From Paraspadella gotoi (taxonomy: Eukaryota > Animalia > Chaetognatha): 64,000 bases of DNA. The notes beneath the pieces were generated by a model, which was not told where the DNA came from, did not search any database, and saw only the letters and a list, made by a program, of their open reading frames with translations. The DNA lies in NCBI GenBank assembly GCA_051294375.1, contig CM119268.1, positions 6,734,676 through 6,798,675 on the forward strand, written 5' to 3'. How positions within the stretch are numbered: position 1 is the first letter of the stretch; each line of letters opens with the position of its first letter. Below are positions 12,301-24,982 of the stretch, piece after piece. The translations under genes and the position numbers were made by a program.

Positions 12301-13502
12301 TATTAACTTAACTGACGCATCTCAATTTCATCTCAATTTTGCAGGTTACGTTGCCCACAACAAGGACAGCAAACCGGAGAAACGATCCAAAGTCAAGATG
12401 AACGTCTGCAAATTTTCGCTGACTCCGCTTACGTCGACTAAATCCATTCCGACGGTGGAGGATACATTCTCTTTCCTCATGAGCTCTGGCTCGGTCAAGG
12501 TTTCATCACCATTTTAATAAGGACATTTTCTGACTGATTTATTTTATTAATTTTTAATATCGTAGTGAGGAAACGTTGTAATAATTGTTTTATTTTGGGT
12601 GAAACGTTCTCAGGTTCAGGGACAAGTCGACAAAAGCGTTTATCTTCACGACGAAGTCATCAACATCGACGTCACGGTTCGTGCAGTTTGTGATTAAAAG
12701 GATATCAAACGATGAAAATTATATTGTATGACTCTATATACCTTAATAATCTTACAAATATTTGACCAATTCGTCCGCCCTTGCAGATAAGGAACGATTC
12801 CAGCAAGATCGTCAAGCACATCACCGTCAGCGTCATCCAAAACGCGGAGATCTTCTTGGGGACGCAAGCCGACTACGACGTCACAGTAGTCAAGTCCACC
12901 TGTCACGAGGGCTTCCCGCTCGGATCGGGGAAGGAGTGGACCAGGCAATTCAGGCTCTGCCCAGCCGACCAACAGAACAGAGACGGTGAGGGGGAAGAAG
13001 GGGTCACTTAAGTGCGTTGCGCCGTGGGTGGGTGAGGTTTCGATCATTAGTGAAGTTCCGATACATAAGTTTTCAAATTGTTATTTTTGAATTAACTAAT
13101 CTACATTCCATAGGTTTCGCCTTGGACGGCGCGTTGAAGGGAGAGGGCGCCAAGCTCGCGTCTTCCACCTACATGAGAGACAAGATGGCTAACAAGGAAA
13201 ATATGGGCATAGTCGTCAACTACTTGGTGGAGGTAAAGAATGGTTTATTGATGATGGATACACCTTATATTGTTTTAATTTTTAAATATTTGTATTTGTT
13301 TTTATGAATATTATTTATATTTTCCAAGCGAAAAATGAAAGAAGTTTTTTTATTTTTTTTGCGCGACTTTTAGGTGCGACTGATCATGCAGGGCGCGCGG
13401 GACGTGAACATCCGCATCCCCTTCGCTCTCACTCACGCACCCGTAAGGAGGAGGAGGGGCTCGATCTACGCTTCCTCCAAACCTCACAAAGAGAAGAGAT
13501 GA
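9382..13502 (+). CDS. Divergent beta/visual-type arrestin with long N-terminal extension and no canonical C-tail, ~602 aa, 14 exons
   Basis: Exons 9382-9463, 9552(or 9543)-9678, 9856-9948, 10021-10120, 10453-10641, 10816-11010, 11306-11464, 11734-11838, 12003-12096, 12345-12499, 12614-12676, 12787-12985, 13114-13232, 13374-13502. Arrestin motifs: VFKKSSANDKVTLFLGKREIVDH, FEYGTADLDILGLSFQKDL, HAFPFWFEIAPNTPSSVTLQP, FALDGALKGEGAKLASST, GIVVNYLVEV, IPFALTH. The core (10930 onward) is high confidence; the N-terminal exons rest on phase consistency only. Confidence 0.9.
11101..11250. repeat. Interspersed repeat family A, copy 1 (arrestin intron 6)
   Basis: Shares the start TCATTTAATAAATAAGCTA and the core CAGTCT(A/C)GTTTATTCACTCCCAG(G/A)GTACCTG(A/G)CTTC..TATCAATGAAGTGGT with copies at 37549 and 58677. 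Confidence 0.85.
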
Positions 13503-16229
13503 AGAAGGATGTGAGAGGAGGAGAGAGAGAAAGAAGGCGCGAGAGATGGAGTGATGAATTAAAGGAAGATGCGATGGATGGACGTTTGATCTCGACGGAC
13601 ATTGGATAAACGACAAAGGACGCCGGACGCCGGAGGAAAAAGGTCTTATGGAAAATCGCTAAATTATATTAAAAAAAATTATCGTTGGATCGATCGTTTG
13701 GGTGGAAGGGAGGAAAAATGATTCCCTGAAATCCTTAAGAATTCACGGTAGCCAAAAAAAAAGAGTAAATATTAAGTGAAAAGAACCGAATGGTTAACTC
13801 TTCACTCGCTCATGTCTTCGATATTCTAAAATTGCTGCTCCTGTTTTGTGAAAAGTGAATTTCGTTGTTCTCGGAGATTAGTAATTTGTGAGTCGTCGCT
13901 CGCTTAAATCTATTCTGTCTCACTCGATTCATATATTAATTATATTTGAAATCTTGTGCTTCTATAGCCTCCTGGCTGCCACTTTCTTCGTTTCGTCGCT
14001 TTCTCTGCATTGAAAAAAAAATTGTAACTTCGAAACTCGCGCGATCGTTGCCAGGAACTTTTGTTTTTTTTGTGTGTGTTTTTTTGTAAAGCGCCATCAG
14101 TCGAAAATTTGGAAACAAAAGTGATTCATTCTAATAAATTATTCGCATGCATTTCCGTTTTGATTATTATTTACAGTTTTCAAATCGTTTCGATAGTAAT
14201 TAACCACTGGTTATGAATTTTGATTGTGGGGATAAATATTTTTTGTATCGTTGTATAGAATGATAAGCCGATGCCCCGGAACTACGGTGTACAGTAGAGT
14301 TTAGGGGATGCATCCGGTTATCAAAATGTAAAATAAGATTAAAAAATATTTCTCAAGTTATTAAACTTATTAAGCTTATTAAGCTTATTAAGCTTCAGGT
14401 CGAACGTTGTAAGACCAGTCTTGGTTATTTGTATCTCATCGGCGGTAGTAACTTGTTTTTCAATGAGAAATTTCACCTCGTTAATTCCGGAAGAGAGCGC
14501 TTTCGGTTCTATTTCTGTTAAAACTTTTTAAGGAAACAAAAGCCAACAAAAACTTTGTGAACAGGAAGAAAGTCTTCCGGTAAAAATAAATAGTAACTAA
14601 TGAAGAACGTAATATTTGTTTTTGTTTTAAAATTTTTTTGCCAATAAACCAAATAGCATCTTTTCTGAATTATTGCAAATTTTCGTGTCAGGCTAAAAGT
14701 TAGTACATTTGCTTATTGGGGTGTTATACAGCCTGGCCAAAGTCAGGGGCGAGCTTATTTATTGAATGAAAAGATTGTTCCAAACGTACCAATTGAACCA
14801 ATTGAATAGATTGTACCTTGGTCAAGCGGCTAAGAGAGATAGAAAGAGAGAGAGAGAGAGAGAGAGAGAGCGACGGAGATATAGAGAGGAAAAAGGAAGA
14901 AGCACGGAAATATGCAAATGAGTTCCGATGAATCAGACGGAGACGTGATCAGGTGACTCGGGTGTCTAGTGACGCTTTAGGCGCGTCACGGGACGACGAA
15001 ACCAAAGACATCTGTTTGGAAACCGAGTTCAGGTGATTAGGGAGGAACGGAGGAAAGGAGAGCCAGGTATAAAAGGAAAGGAAGGAAAGGAAAGAGGGAG
15101 ATTCCCAACTTTCAAATCCACGAAAACAGAGCGACGTTATGCTCTACTAAACTTTAATAAAAATTGTTGTAATACTCTGTACTATTTATTCTCATATAAA
15201 TATACAAAACCTGACTGTATTCCACTACAATTCTTCTATCGCTAACAGTAGTTAGTACAAGCTCCTGGGCTCGCTAGTAAGGTATTGTAGCTATCAAGCC
15301 GCAACATTGGTTGTACCAATTTCATAAAATAACAATCCCTCTGAATCGAAGTCACGAAACTCAACATAATAATTTCTTGTTCTTGATTTAGTCTTAGAAA
15401 ATAGAAAGAAGCCTCCTTCGAGTCAATTAGTATCAATTTTGGGAATCAAAAATTTTGACGACGCAAATGGGTCATAACGGGAGTAAAATTGAAAAAATCA
15501 CTAATTGTGATCGGGTCACGTAATCTACTACATTCGGTGTTAGAACCCCTTTACATGAATTAAAAGTTTTTCTTTCTTTCTGATTTAAAACTATAGATTT
15601 TTTTGTTTCGTTTAACGAGTCCTGGTGAAGTTTTTAATGAGTCATGTGGCTCCGTTTGAGGTCAGTATTCTTTTGTCATTTCATAATTGTACGTAATTGT
15701 ATTGAAGTAATGTCATAAATAAAAATAATGGTTATTACAAACCTAATTCAGGATGGTAAAAAAAGACTATCAGACTACTGATGTTAAAAAAAAATACAAA
15801 GAAAAAATTCTAAAAAAACATTTCTTCAATGATATGATAGTATTTAACTCCTAATCCTTTCACGTTATCATCTCAGCGGTAATTTAAACGCAAAAGCTTT
15901 TCGTCGTCGTCGTAGTCGTCGTCGTCATCGTCGTTGTCGTCAGTAAATTTCTGTGATTGAAATGATTCCGACGACGAACGATTGACGGAAAACGCGTGCC
16001 ATTTTCCTCCTCCTCCTCCTTTTTCCTCCTCCTCCTCTACCGCTCTCCTCCTCTTCCTCCTCTTCCCCCTCGCCTCCCTTTTCTTCCCTCAAACTCTTCC
16101 TCTTTTTTCCTTTAAAACTAAATGAAAAAAAAAAAAAATGCCGACCCGCGCGCTCCTTTCCAACTTTTTCTTTCTCGAACCCCCCTTAATCCCTCCTCCT
16201 CTTCGCCTCTTCCTCTTCCTCCTCATTTC

Positions 16230-16300
16230 GCCGACCAATCCACCCCAATAAATAGGTTGACGCGGGGGATTATAAAGAGCTTGACGAAATCATCCCACCG
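16230..16300 (+). promoter_or_regulatory. Candidate gcm core promoter (two CCAAT boxes plus TATA)
   Basis: CCAAT at 16235 and 16245, TATAAA at 16271, downstream of a (CCT)n polypyrimidine tract and ~850 bp upstream of the gcm ATG. Motif-based only. Confidence 0.4.
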
Positions 16301-17127
16301 ACGCTGTCTCTATCTCACTCTCTCTCCGTCTCTCGCTTTATATTCCGCTTTTTTTTTTTTCACCGACGGAGAAAATATAAAACAAAAGTCTCATCGCCGT
16401 AAAATTCTAAAAAAAAAAAAAAAAACCACCTAAACATCGACGCTTTCGCCGTGAATATTTTTGAAACATTCACCGACTCAACGACTTCCTTGATCAATTG
16501 GTCATCGTCCTCGATCGCATCTTCTGCGTTTCATCTCCTCGATCGCATCTTTTTATTTGCGCGCATCTCCGAACGAGTTCTTCCTCAGCTCATCCTCCGA
16601 CGCCATCGGTTCGACTCTGTCTCAACCTGTTTTCTCAAACTTTATTTTTTTTTTTCAAAATTGTTCCTCCTGTCTCTCGCTCTCCCTCATTCTTCAAAAC
16701 AACGCATGACTCTCTCCTAGAGAAATCTTTTTTTTTTTATGCATGAAAAACTTTGGTGTCAGAAACAGATTTTTCTCTCGAAATAACGAATGAAAAAAAA
16801 AAAACTTTTTCCGATTTCTCGGTGAGAGGGTGAGAGAAAAAAAAAGAGTTCTCTCACTCTCTCTCTCTCTGAACCTCCTCTCTCCCTCTCTAGTCTCTCA
16901 ACTTCTCGGTGCGTCCGTCCGTTTGAGTCTCTCCTGGTGACTTGTCAGTATTTTAAATTCCTTTAAATTTTTTTACAAAACGAACCTACGATTTATTCGA
17001 AACTGAATCATAAAAAAAAAGAAATTTTAAATCTCCCGCTCTCCTGTCCAATCATCAATTCCACTTCTTGGCCAACGCACCCTTACTTCCCAAAACCGTC
17101 CACCAACATCCTCCAACACCCTCCGCC

Positions 17128-18283
17128 ATGATGTTGACGGACTCTTTGGCTCAGGACCTCGACCGCAATTGGGTCGTCAAGGTCGAGAAGACGCGCGTCG
17201 ATTGGGAAGAGTTGCGTCCAGACTTTTCGCTCTTCGGATCGACGCCTCTCGATCGTCGCCACGGCGCCCGGCGCGACTTCGACGACAGCAGCGACGCCGG
17301 TGACGCCGATTTGAATTCCACGTGCGTCTCGGAAAGCGATTCCGACGCGATGTCGTCGACGACCGACTCGAAGTCGTCATCCCCTTGCCATTCCCCACAT
17401 CCGGGATCTCCGGGCGGCGCCCCTTGCGACCTCCACAATCTTCACCACCATCTCCACCACAACCACCCCAACCACCACCACGCCCTCGTCTCCCCACACC
17501 ACAATCCCTTCAACCAATCCCTGACTCCGTCCGAATACGCCATCTTGCAAAATCTCGACGCGGGATCGATCGACGCGGGATCGATCGACGCCGCCATTTC
17601 CGGTTCCATCTCCAATTCCGTTCCCGAGGACTTTTTAGTTTTGACGCCGTCTGATCCCAACCCGTGGTCCGAGAACTTTGAGTCTCCGTATCTTGGCGGC
17701 GGCGTCGCCGGCGCGGTCTCGGAGGCGGCGCACTTCGTTCCTCACTACGGCGTCTACGATGCCAGAAACTCCGGCGTCGTTGAAGCCTCTTCAACTATGC
17801 CATCCTTAGCGTCCCGAGACCCACCCATTCCATCGGCGTCGTCTTCGCCTCATCTGCGCGACGTTCTTATCGAAGCCGCGCAGAAGGTGGAGACGCGCGA
17901 GGGCGGCGCCACGGGCGTCAATCATTCCGACGCCGTCCACTCTTCCTCCTCCCCATCCCCCGTCCGCGCCGCCCGTCCCCCGGCGCTCTCTCCCTTCATG
18001 GGCGAGGCTGGTTACGAACCCCTGGCGGCGCCTTCGTTCGCGGCGTCGGACGTCGCCGAAGGGACGCTCGTGTCCGAATTCTTCGTCGACGACAGAAGCG
18101 AAGCGTCGTTCGATGCCGGGCAACGACATTGTCAATCGATGCAGCAGCATCACTCGATGCAGCATCAAATGATGATGATGCAGCTGTTGTCGCCGGAAAT
18201 GGCGCCGCAGTTGACGCCGTTAACGCCCGTGCCGACCCCGAACTCGAGCGGGAGAGCGGCGACTTATTTTACGTTCGAGGGAA

Positions 18284-18319
<36 letters not shown>

Positions 18320-20896
18320 TGCCGCTGCCGCCGACAACGACGACGACGACGTCGACGACGACGACTCCGACGAAGAAGTCCATGGTGAGTTTGATCGGGA
18401 GTGACAAAGTGTGAGGTAGGAAATAACTTTGTGAAAGCTTTGTAATTCACTATATGCGTTTAGATATCTCAATGTTTAATTTATAAAAGGATTAGAAGAA
18501 CGATTGCAGAGATAAAAAAAATATTTTAATGACCACAAACTCGATTTTTGTTCAAAAAAGTTTTGACGCAAAATTGTGCTAAAAACATTTGATTTTTAAA
18601 TAAAATTATTTTTTTGAATCGAAAAACCGCAAGAAATAAAATTTGGTTTTGATGACTGTTAGTTTTATTTCAATAATAACATTAATATTAACGCCGAAAA
18701 CTTTGCTAAAGTTATTGGATGGAAACTTGACAGGAGAAAAAAAAACCCCCAAATTTTGGAAACTTTTATGAAGTATTAATTAAAATGTATTATCAACAAC
18801 GTCTTCGACCGATTCTCCTTCAGAAACGAACCCACTCGTCCAACGTCCCCGCGTTCGTCAAGATGGAACCGGAGACAGAGGACGGCGCCGCCTCCGTCGC
18901 CGCCACCGCCGCCTCTGTCGCCGCCGCCGCTAAACCCTGCCATCGCACGGCAGCCACGGACGCTTGCCCGCGCACGCCCGGGCCCGACCCCGGTCATGAA
19001 CGGAGACCTTCCTTGATTGTCGGGCCGGACGAGCCCGTCCGGTCGGGCTGGGAGATCATCGACGCGACGCTGCCTCCGGTGAGTGCGAAATCGCTGGAGT
19101 TTAAATCACGCGAATTTTTTTTTTCATGTCGCTTGCGTCTCAAAATTACATTAAAACTCGTCCAAAATATAAATGTCATCTGTAGTTCGAAAAATTTATT
19201 TGCATACTGTAGTTTTTAGGAATGTTATCTAATTTAATCTTAAGTTCATTCGTTGCTTGTAACTTTCTGGGTTTTGAACGATATCAGTATCATTTTTGTT
19301 ATTAAGGCGACGGAAAGATGAAAATGAAGAGAAGGATAGCTGATATCACAGATAAAAGTGTTTCTATTTTTCTATCGTCGTCGATATTCAAGCAGAACTT
19401 TAAATTAAAGGAAAGTTAAAGTGTTTTTGGTTTTTAAAGTTTTTATCTTAATCCTACTGGGCTACCTCCCGGTGGCATTATTTGTAGCTATAGGTCGAAG
19501 ACCTGGCTTAGCTAACTTCCTTCATAAGCATTATGTGACAAAAAAGCCTGACTTTTGGGACCGCAAAAAAAAAGTGCATTTCGGGTTATGAAACTACCGA
19601 AAAAGATACTGAAAAGACTTCTAGAGATTCCATCAAAATCTTTTCGATTGGAAAAAAATAACGGGGCATTTAAGACCCCCCCCCAAAAAAAAAAATGACG
19701 GGAGGAAAAAAAAAACCAATCCAATGGGTTTTGTTTGCCGAGTTATCCATTTCACGGGCAACAATGGGATTCTTCTGTGAAGATCGATTCTCTATTTTCG
19801 CGACCGCGAAAGAACGCAGGTGTGAAAAATCCAGTTCCTTGCCTATGGGGTCGGATTATCTTTTCTTATTCTTTTCGTCCTCCTCTTCCTCCTCCTCCTC
19901 CTCCTCCTCCTTCGCCAAAGACAAAGGTCGCCGATGAAAAGGCGTCTGTCAAAAACGAGACGACCGAAGGAGGACGAATGGAATCCAGATTTCGTTCTGA
20001 AATTTTAGGGGAAAAAAAAGAGAGAGAAAGTGATAAAATTCGAGCAAAAATAACGCGCAATGCGCACGATTGTATATTTTCATTCGCATGAATTTACCTT
20101 TTCCATTATTTTTATGAATTTTATGGGGGGTATTTTATAAAGGGCAGTTGGTTTGGATCATCTTTGAAGCCATCGGAAGCTGCCGCGAAGAAAGAGTCTT
20201 TCGCGAGATCGTATAACTTCCAAGGGTCATTCTCGACGCCCGAGTTTGCAGATCATCGGAACGTAAATAAGATTCGCCTCAAATGATAGACGGCACTGGT
20301 TAAATCGAATACCCCGGCGTTTCGAAAGATGCAGTGTCTTAGGGGAAGAGAAACTTGCTAAAATATATAACAAATTATATACCGAAGGACTGACCGACCG
20401 AAAAACAAATATTTCGGGGACGCGTCGACCTTTTACGCATTTAATTTGAGGAGAAAACCGCGAAAATGGATGTCGGCGGCGGCGAATCATAAAAAAGGAA
20501 ATTCGGAATTTGGACCAAAAACAAAAATAGAATATATTTGACGAATAATTCGAATTTAACATAAAATAAATGTTTGTTTGAAACTTAACGAACGACCTCG
20601 GCGCGTGGCGTTTATTTTCTTAACAATAAACTTTACATTTGTTAAAAATTGAATTTGGCTGAGAGCAAGATCGGGGCGCACGAATGTCTGGCGACAATGT
20701 GTTTTTCGCGAAGGAAAAAAAAAAGATAGTTTAAAAATAAAAGTGAAACCTCATTTTGGTCGATGTCCAAGAAAGTTTGGAAGAAAGAGATTAATAGACG
20801 TAGAAGCCATGACGTCATAATTAATTTCCTTTGTTGGAAAAACGACGTCTTTTGACGCCTTGAGAGTGGGCTTTGTGACCGTTGGATGAATGAAGC

Positions 20897-20980
<84 letters not shown>

Positions 20981-22661
20981 GTCTCTAACCTTCTCTTTCT
21001 CTCTCTTTTTCTCCGATTTTAAGGTCGATATCGCTATAAATAACATTTTAGTTCGATGACATTTTCCTGACTTATAAACTTTAAAAAGATAAAGTCCCTT
21101 GACTCCTTGGAAAAGCTCCTCCATTAACCACCTACCTTTTCTTCACCTTCCAACCACCTCAGGTGGAGCGACACGATCCTTTCCAGGAATGGCCCGACGG
21201 TCACCAAAGGTTCGTCTACGAGAAAGATCTGGACGAAGCCATTCGCCACTACACGGGATGGGCGATGAGAAACACCAACAATCACAACGTCAGGTTGGTC
21301 ACAATTATTCAAACCGGAGTGATCTTTATTGAAAAGAATCATTGGGAACTGTGGAGGGACGTACTGATTAATATCTCAATTTTAGCTGTGGTGATCAGAC
21401 TTAAATACTAGCTAAAATTGTCTAAAAAATGAGATAAAATTAATAAAAAGAAAAAGGAATATATAGTCTTATATTATATTATATTATTATCTCTGAAAAT
21501 TTTACATATGTTCAGAAAGTTTTAAATACTATTTTTGGTGTTATATTTTCAATTTGTTCATAGCCATTAGTCAGACATAAATCCTATAAATGCATTTAAC
21601 GAAAAAAATTAAACCTCTCAATATATATCTTTTTTAAAAATTTCGTCTCACCCGCCCCACCCAACATCTTTCATCCACCACCATCACCCCGCAGCATTCT
21701 CAAGAAGAGCTGCTTGGGTGTGCTGGTCTGCTCCGTCGGCTGCGTCGACGACGAGGGCAACAAAGTCCGAGTCAAACCCGCCATCTGCGACACCGCGAGG
21801 GGGAAGCAGCTTCAGAGTGAGTATTCCGTGTGGGTGGTGGCTGGGGTGAGTAATTGGGTTGTCGATGGAACGGATGGGGTAGGAAGAGAGTCGCGCTTTG
21901 GGTCACGATGACAACGACAACCAACGTGACATTATCAGTGTCACACCAAAGTCACTTTTACATTTTTCAACAGCGTTCGAGGTTTTTTTCCCCCCAAAAT
22001 TCTTCTGATTACAATTACTAGTATTTCGACGTCATCATCGTTATCGTCGTGGCCGATTAACCTCTTCCTCCTCCTCCTCCTCCTCCTCTCGGTCATTGCC
22101 CCCCTTATAACCGTCACTGTTCGTCACCGACCGTTCCCGATCCCCTCGCCCATCTGACCACCGAAAAAAAAGAAGGGAAAATCGACCCCCCCCAACCGAA
22201 GAAAAGAAAGATTTTCACAAATAAATTTTCTCCTCGTTAAGACGTCGCTCGATCTTCGACAACGAATCATCGGCCGCTAGAGGCGCAAGAATTACGGCCC
22301 GGTGTACAATCGATCCGAGAGATGTCGTCTGGGTTTACGAGCCTCGCCGCCCCCTTTTACCTCTCTTTTCCTCTCTCTTTACCTCTCTATCGCCCCCCCC
22401 CTTGTCCAACCTGTCTGACGTTTTTTACGACCCCTGTCTTCTCGCCTCGACGGGGGAAAATTAACCGCCCGGGTTTTTTTTTTTGCCAACCTGAGCCGCC
22501 CCCCAACCCTCCCCCCCCTGCGTACATAAACGCCGTAGACCGCCCCACGATTTACCCCCCCCCTCCCCCGGGCCCGCCTTCCGACCGCCCCAGATTCGAG
22601 CTCATATCTCGAGCCTGAAATTGAAGCTGACCGACCTCCGAGCCAGACTTTGCTCTCTCTG

Positions 22662-22750
<89 letters not shown>

Positions 22751-23007
22751 GTTGATTAACTTCCCATAATTCTTCACCGTCTGTGATCGTCTTGATTTTT
22801 CTGTGACTCAATCCTGCGTCAGACCGACCGACCGACCAACCCTTTACCCTTTTAATCCATTTTCACTTTCCCCGCTTTTCCCAGTCTTTGTTCACGTGTG
22901 ATCACGCACGAAGAACTTTCCATCTCTTCATCTCCGTGTTGAGAGAGGGTCCGTAAATACATGTCTCTCTCTCTCTCTCTCTCTTCTCTACTTCTCTTCT
23001 CTCTCTT

Positions 23008-23043
<36 letters not shown>

Positions 23044-24110
23044 CTCCTCTCCACCCAGGGTTTTTCCCCCCGATATGATGACCAATAAGTGGGTCCTTTT
23101 TACGTCAGTAAATAATTCCCTTGTTCATTTGTCCGTGGAGAAGGATGCGATCTCCTTTTTTTGCCGTAAGTTTCGCTCAAATCCCAACTTTGCCTCAGAC
23201 TCTCACGCTCTCGCCTGCGACGCTTCAGACAAACGAGAAAGACGACAACGACGAAAAACAACGATAAAGACGACGACTACGAAACGGATGCCAACAACAA
23301 CGACGACAAAGACGCGTCCCTTTTCGCATATAAAAAAAAATCTCCGCCCACCGGCCTCTCTAACCCTAGAAAATAACTAACCCCGGTCCCGCCCCTTTAC
23401 GAAACGCCCTCCTGCGGCCGAGCGAGGGTTTCGATTCTTGCGTCACTCTCAGTCNNNNNNNNNNNNNNNNNNNNNNNNNTACCTCTTCCTCCTCCTCTCC
23501 TCCTCCTCTCAGAGTCATTGCCCCCTTTATAACCGTCACTGTTACGTCACCCGACCGTTCCCGCATCCCCTCCCTCGCCCATCTACCACCGAAAAAACGA
23601 GAAGGGAAATCGACCCCCCCACGAAGAAAAGAATAGATTTTCACAATAAATTTGTCTCCTCGTTAAGACGTCGCTCATCTTCGACAACCGATCATCGGCC
23701 GCCTAGAGGCGCAAGAATTACGGCCTCGCGTGTACAATCGAATCCGAGAATGTCGTCTGGGTTTTACGAGCCTCGCCCGCCCCCTTTTACCTCTCTTTTC
23801 CTCTCTCTTTACCCTCATCGCCCCCCCCCCCCCTTGTCAACCTGTCTGACGTTTTTTACGACCCCTGTCTTCTCGCCTCGACGGGCGGGAAAATTAACCG
23901 CCCGGGTTTTTTTTTTTGCCAACCTGAGCCGGCCCCCCAACCCTCCCCCCCCTGCGTACATAAACGCCGTAGACCCGCACCACGATTTTACCCCCCCCTC
24001 CCCGGGCGCCGCCTGTCCGACCGCCCCCAGAATTCGAGCTCATATCTCAGAGCTCCTGAAATTCGAAGCTACCGACCTCCGAGCCAGACTTTGCTCTCTC
24101 TCTCTCTCCT

Positions 24111-24193
<83 letters not shown>

Positions 24194-24403
24194 GTTGATT
24201 AACTTCCCATAATTCTTCACCGCTGTGATCGTCTGTGATTTTCTGTGACTCAATCCTGGTCAGACCGACCGACCGACCAAACCCTTTACCCTTTTAATCC
24301 ATTTTCACTTTCCCCGCTTTTCCAGTCTTTGCTTCACGTGTGATTCACGCACGAAGGAACTTTCCACTCTTCATCTCCGTGTTGAGAGAGGGTCCGTAAA
24401 TAC

Positions 24404-24450
<47 letters not shown>

Positions 24451-24461
24451 TCTCTCTCTCT

Positions 24462-24498
<37 letters not shown>

Positions 24499-24913
24499 CA
24501 CCCAGGGTTTTTCCCCCCGATATGATGACCAATAAAGTGGGTCTTTATTACGTCAGTAAATTAATTCCTTTGTTCATTTAGTGCTCCGTCGCGAGAATGG
24601 ATGCGATCTCCTTTTTTTGCCCGTAAGTTTCGCTCAAATCCCAAACTTGTGCCTCAGACTCTCACGCTCTCGCCTGCGACGCTTCAGGGACAACACGAAG
24701 GAAAGACGAACAACGACGAAAAACAACGATAAGACGACGACTACGAAACGGATGCCAACAAAACAACGACGACACAAGACGCGTCCCTTTTCGCATATAA
24801 AAAAAATCTCCGCCCACCGGCCTCTCCTAACCCTAGAAAATAACTAACCCCGGTCCCGCCCCTTTACGAAACGCCCTCCATTTGCGGCCGAGCGAGGTTT
24901 CGATTCTGCGTCA

Positions 24914-24982
<69 letters not shown>

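Noticed and set aside
17151-18472. Overlapping antisense and alternate-frame ORFs in gcm exon 1
   Set aside because: Expected shadows of a GC-rich coding exon with trinucleotide repeats.
22059-24915. Tandem duplication of a motif-rich (CRE, E-box, GC-box, TATA) gcm intronic segment as a real enhancer duplication
   Set aside because: The copies differ by scattered single-base indels typical of uncorrected long reads and abut an exactly 25-N gap, a pattern expected from long-read gap filling; needs raw-read support before biological interpretation.
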